From a virus (Duplodnaviria; Caudoviricetes), in the IMG/VR virus record IMGVR_UViG_3300027850_000083, positions 1-52,479 of that record: a stretch of 52,479 nt of DNA; one strand, given 5' to 3'. Below the pieces are notes generated by a model, which was not told the origin of the DNA, made no database searches, and was given only the letters and a program-made list of their open reading frames with translations. Each line of letters opens with the position of its first letter. Position 1 is the stretch's first letter. The translations under genes and the position numbers were made by a program. Below, piece after piece: positions 52,153 through 52,479 of this stretch.

Positions 52153-52479
52153 CGGGCTGCCGTCCGACGGGCAGGCAGGCGCTGACGAGCTACTCATCCG
52201 CGAGTTGCAGGGCGAACTCGACCGTGCTCGGGCTGCCCGTGACCGCTGGCAGGAAGCCTCACTCGACCTGTTGCAGAAGTTCCGTCTCGGCATCGGGCTC
52301 GGGGTGGCACTCGTCATCTTGACGTTCGGTGCGCTCGTCGGTGCCTACTTCAATGGGCAGACCGTCTCGGACCTCACCACCGTCGAGCGGTACCAGCAGC
52401 GGATCGGAGATGCGAACGCCTGCCGTCAGGCCGTCGCCCAGGCACACCAGTCGGCGCTCGGCACGTTCGCTGTCACCGA
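52139..52479 (+). CDS. membrane protein, truncated by the window end
   Basis: my translation from GTG 52139 stays open to the end (VTALDGLPS...LGIGLGVALVILTFGALVGAYF...); absent from the ORF track because it has no stop. Confidence 0.6.
   Translation, partial: MTALDGLPSDGQAGADELLIRELQGELDRARAARDRWQEASLDLLQKFRLGIGLGVALVILTFGALVGAYFNGQTVSDLTTVERYQQRIGDANACRQAVAQAHQSALGTFAVT

Noticed and set aside
1-52479. Stop-codon reassignment; integrase/att site or host genes marking a prophage boundary
   Set aside because: Genes end normally at TGA, TAG and TAA with tight coupling; no integrase or clear host housekeeping genes in the window, so lifestyle cannot be determined

Overview
This window is part of a high-GC tailed (siphovirus-like) phage genome. 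The host is most likely in Actinomycetota (WhiB, Rpf-like transglycosylase, leaderless TANNNT promoters, actinophage-type portal/protease/capsid). Nearly all genes are on the + strand. Order: DNA methyltransferase, a ~400-nt structured non-coding region, sigma-70-like factor, M15-like endolysin, putative TerS, small accessory genes, a ~7.4-kb sugar-modification cluster, TerL, Rpf-like protein, class II RNR, WhiB, portal-MuF fusion, a 6.7-kb cassette of repeat-delimited effector modules, prohead protease, collagen/glycine-rich proteins plus a GT4, major capsid, head-tail and tail genes, tape measure, minor tail proteins, a GT32-like gene and membrane proteins. Best candidates for new biology: (1) three ORFs between portal and protease built from 8 unrelated modules (including ADP-ribosyltransferase-, zincin- and GNAT-like ones), each preceded by the same 16-aa tag EFGDYPGHPFRGNQ(W/H)T; (2) a pseudoknotted ~400-nt ncRNA; (3) a 19-bp motif a fixed 23 nt upstream of -10 boxes; (4) a probable virion glycosylation system acting on Thr-rich collagen. 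All calls come from manual motif reading; no database search was run.
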